Below the pieces are notes generated by a model. The model had not been told where the DNA came from, made no database searches, and saw nothing but the letters and a program-made list of their open reading frames with translations. This document shows positions 15,282 through 15,765 of a DNA stretch of 15,765 bases, piece after piece. The position numbers and the translations under genes were made by a program. Source of the DNA: a virus (Duplodnaviria > Heunggongvirae > Uroviricota > Caudoviricetes); IMG/VR virus record IMGVR_UViG_2571042870_000013, positions 1 to 15,765 of that record; one strand, written 5' to 3'. Numbering within the stretch: position 1 is the first letter of the stretch; each line of letters opens with the position of its first letter.

Positions 15282-15524
15282 ATGAGCACTGATATTTCAA
15301 TTCGTGTACCAAAAGAGATGGCTACGCCTGCAGAGTTCGCGGAATGGGAAGGTATCTCCCGCGGCTCCGTGTATCAAAAAATTCACCATGGTCAGCTTGC
15401 TAAATACATGGTCAAGAAAGAAAAAAATAAAGGCCGCGTAAACCTTCGTTATCTGATGTACAAAACTGATCAGGTCCGTGAATCCCTCGGTCATTCCAAC
15501 TTCCGCGTCATTGTTGGTAAGTAA
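15282..15524 (+). CDS. Cox/Apl-family small HTH protein (excisionase / early-lytic repressor candidate)
   Basis: 80-aa ORF in the position of cox/apl (between cI and cII, divergent from cI). The segment ATPAEFAEWEGISRGSVYQKIHHGQL parallels the HTH of P2 Cox as recalled (AIPYQEFAKLIGKSTGAVRRMIDKGKL). GGGAG SD-like sequence upstream. Confidence 0.6.
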   Translation: MSTDISIRVPKEMATPAEFAEWEGISRGSVYQKIHHGQLAKYMVKKEKNKGRVNLRYLMYKTDQVRESLGHSNFRVIVGK

Positions 15525-15555
15525 GTTCAATTATGGGAACTTTCTAAGGGGGCAC

Positions 15556-15765
15556 CATGTTTGATTACAAGATTTCCAAACATCCGCATTTCGATGAAGC
15601 CTGTAGGGCTTTTGCACTGCGTCACAACCTGGTGCAACTGGCAGAACGTGCAGGCATGAATGTACAGATTCTGCGGAACAAGCTGAACCCAGCTCAGCCT
15701 CATTTATTAACCGCACCAGAAATCTGGCTGCTTACCGATCTGACTGAAGATTCAACGCTGGTAGA
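15556..15765 (+). CDS. cII: Phage 186 CII-like regulator, 3'-truncated by the window end
   Basis: ATG at 15556 is preceded by an AAGGGG SD. Translation [69 protein letters not shown] closely matches the N-terminus of coliphage 186 CII as recalled. It has no stop within the window, which is why it is absent from the supplied ORF track. Confidence 0.8.

Larger units (their letters stand above)
12687..15765. mobile_element. Int-proximal end of a P2/186-like prophage inserted at ssrA (continues beyond the window)
   Basis: att core copy, then membrane-protein gene, int, cI, operator region, cox/apl-like and cII-like genes in canonical P2/186 order and orientation. Confidence 0.75.

Noticed and set aside
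14759-15716. ORFs 14759-14992 (plus), 15297-15530 (minus) and 15531-15716 (minus)
   Set aside because: They are antisense to the CI, Cox/Apl-like and CII-like genes, whose identities are supported by conserved motifs and canonical gene order.

Overview
This window is a mosaic, horizontally acquired region at a tmRNA (ssrA) integration hot spot, apparently enterobacterial. Reading left to right: (1) a complete Type I restriction-modification operon hsdM-hsdS-hsdR on the minus strand (41-6076); (2) a decayed IS transposase fragment (6225-6557); (3) a roughly 1.1 kb gene-free, AT-rich spacer with a perfect 20-bp palindrome and a long imperfect hairpin; (4) a strongly AT-rich, translationally coupled three-gene operon on the minus strand (7673-11008) encoding a large serine recombinase followed by two different ParB-fold proteins, with no ParA-type ATPase; (5) a P4-type tyrosine integrase (11291-12520) whose 5' side faces a rho-independent terminator and a 45-nt copy of the ssrA 3' end (12687-12731); (6) the int-proximal end of a P2/186-like prophage (small membrane protein, integrase, CI repressor, operator region, Cox/Apl-like, CII-like), cut off by the window end. 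The recombinase/ParB/ParB operon is the part I cannot assign to any described system and is my main candidate for something new. No rRNA, intact tRNA or CRISPR array was seen. All assignments come from reading the translated ORFs and recalling family motifs; no searches were run, so family names are hypotheses to confirm.
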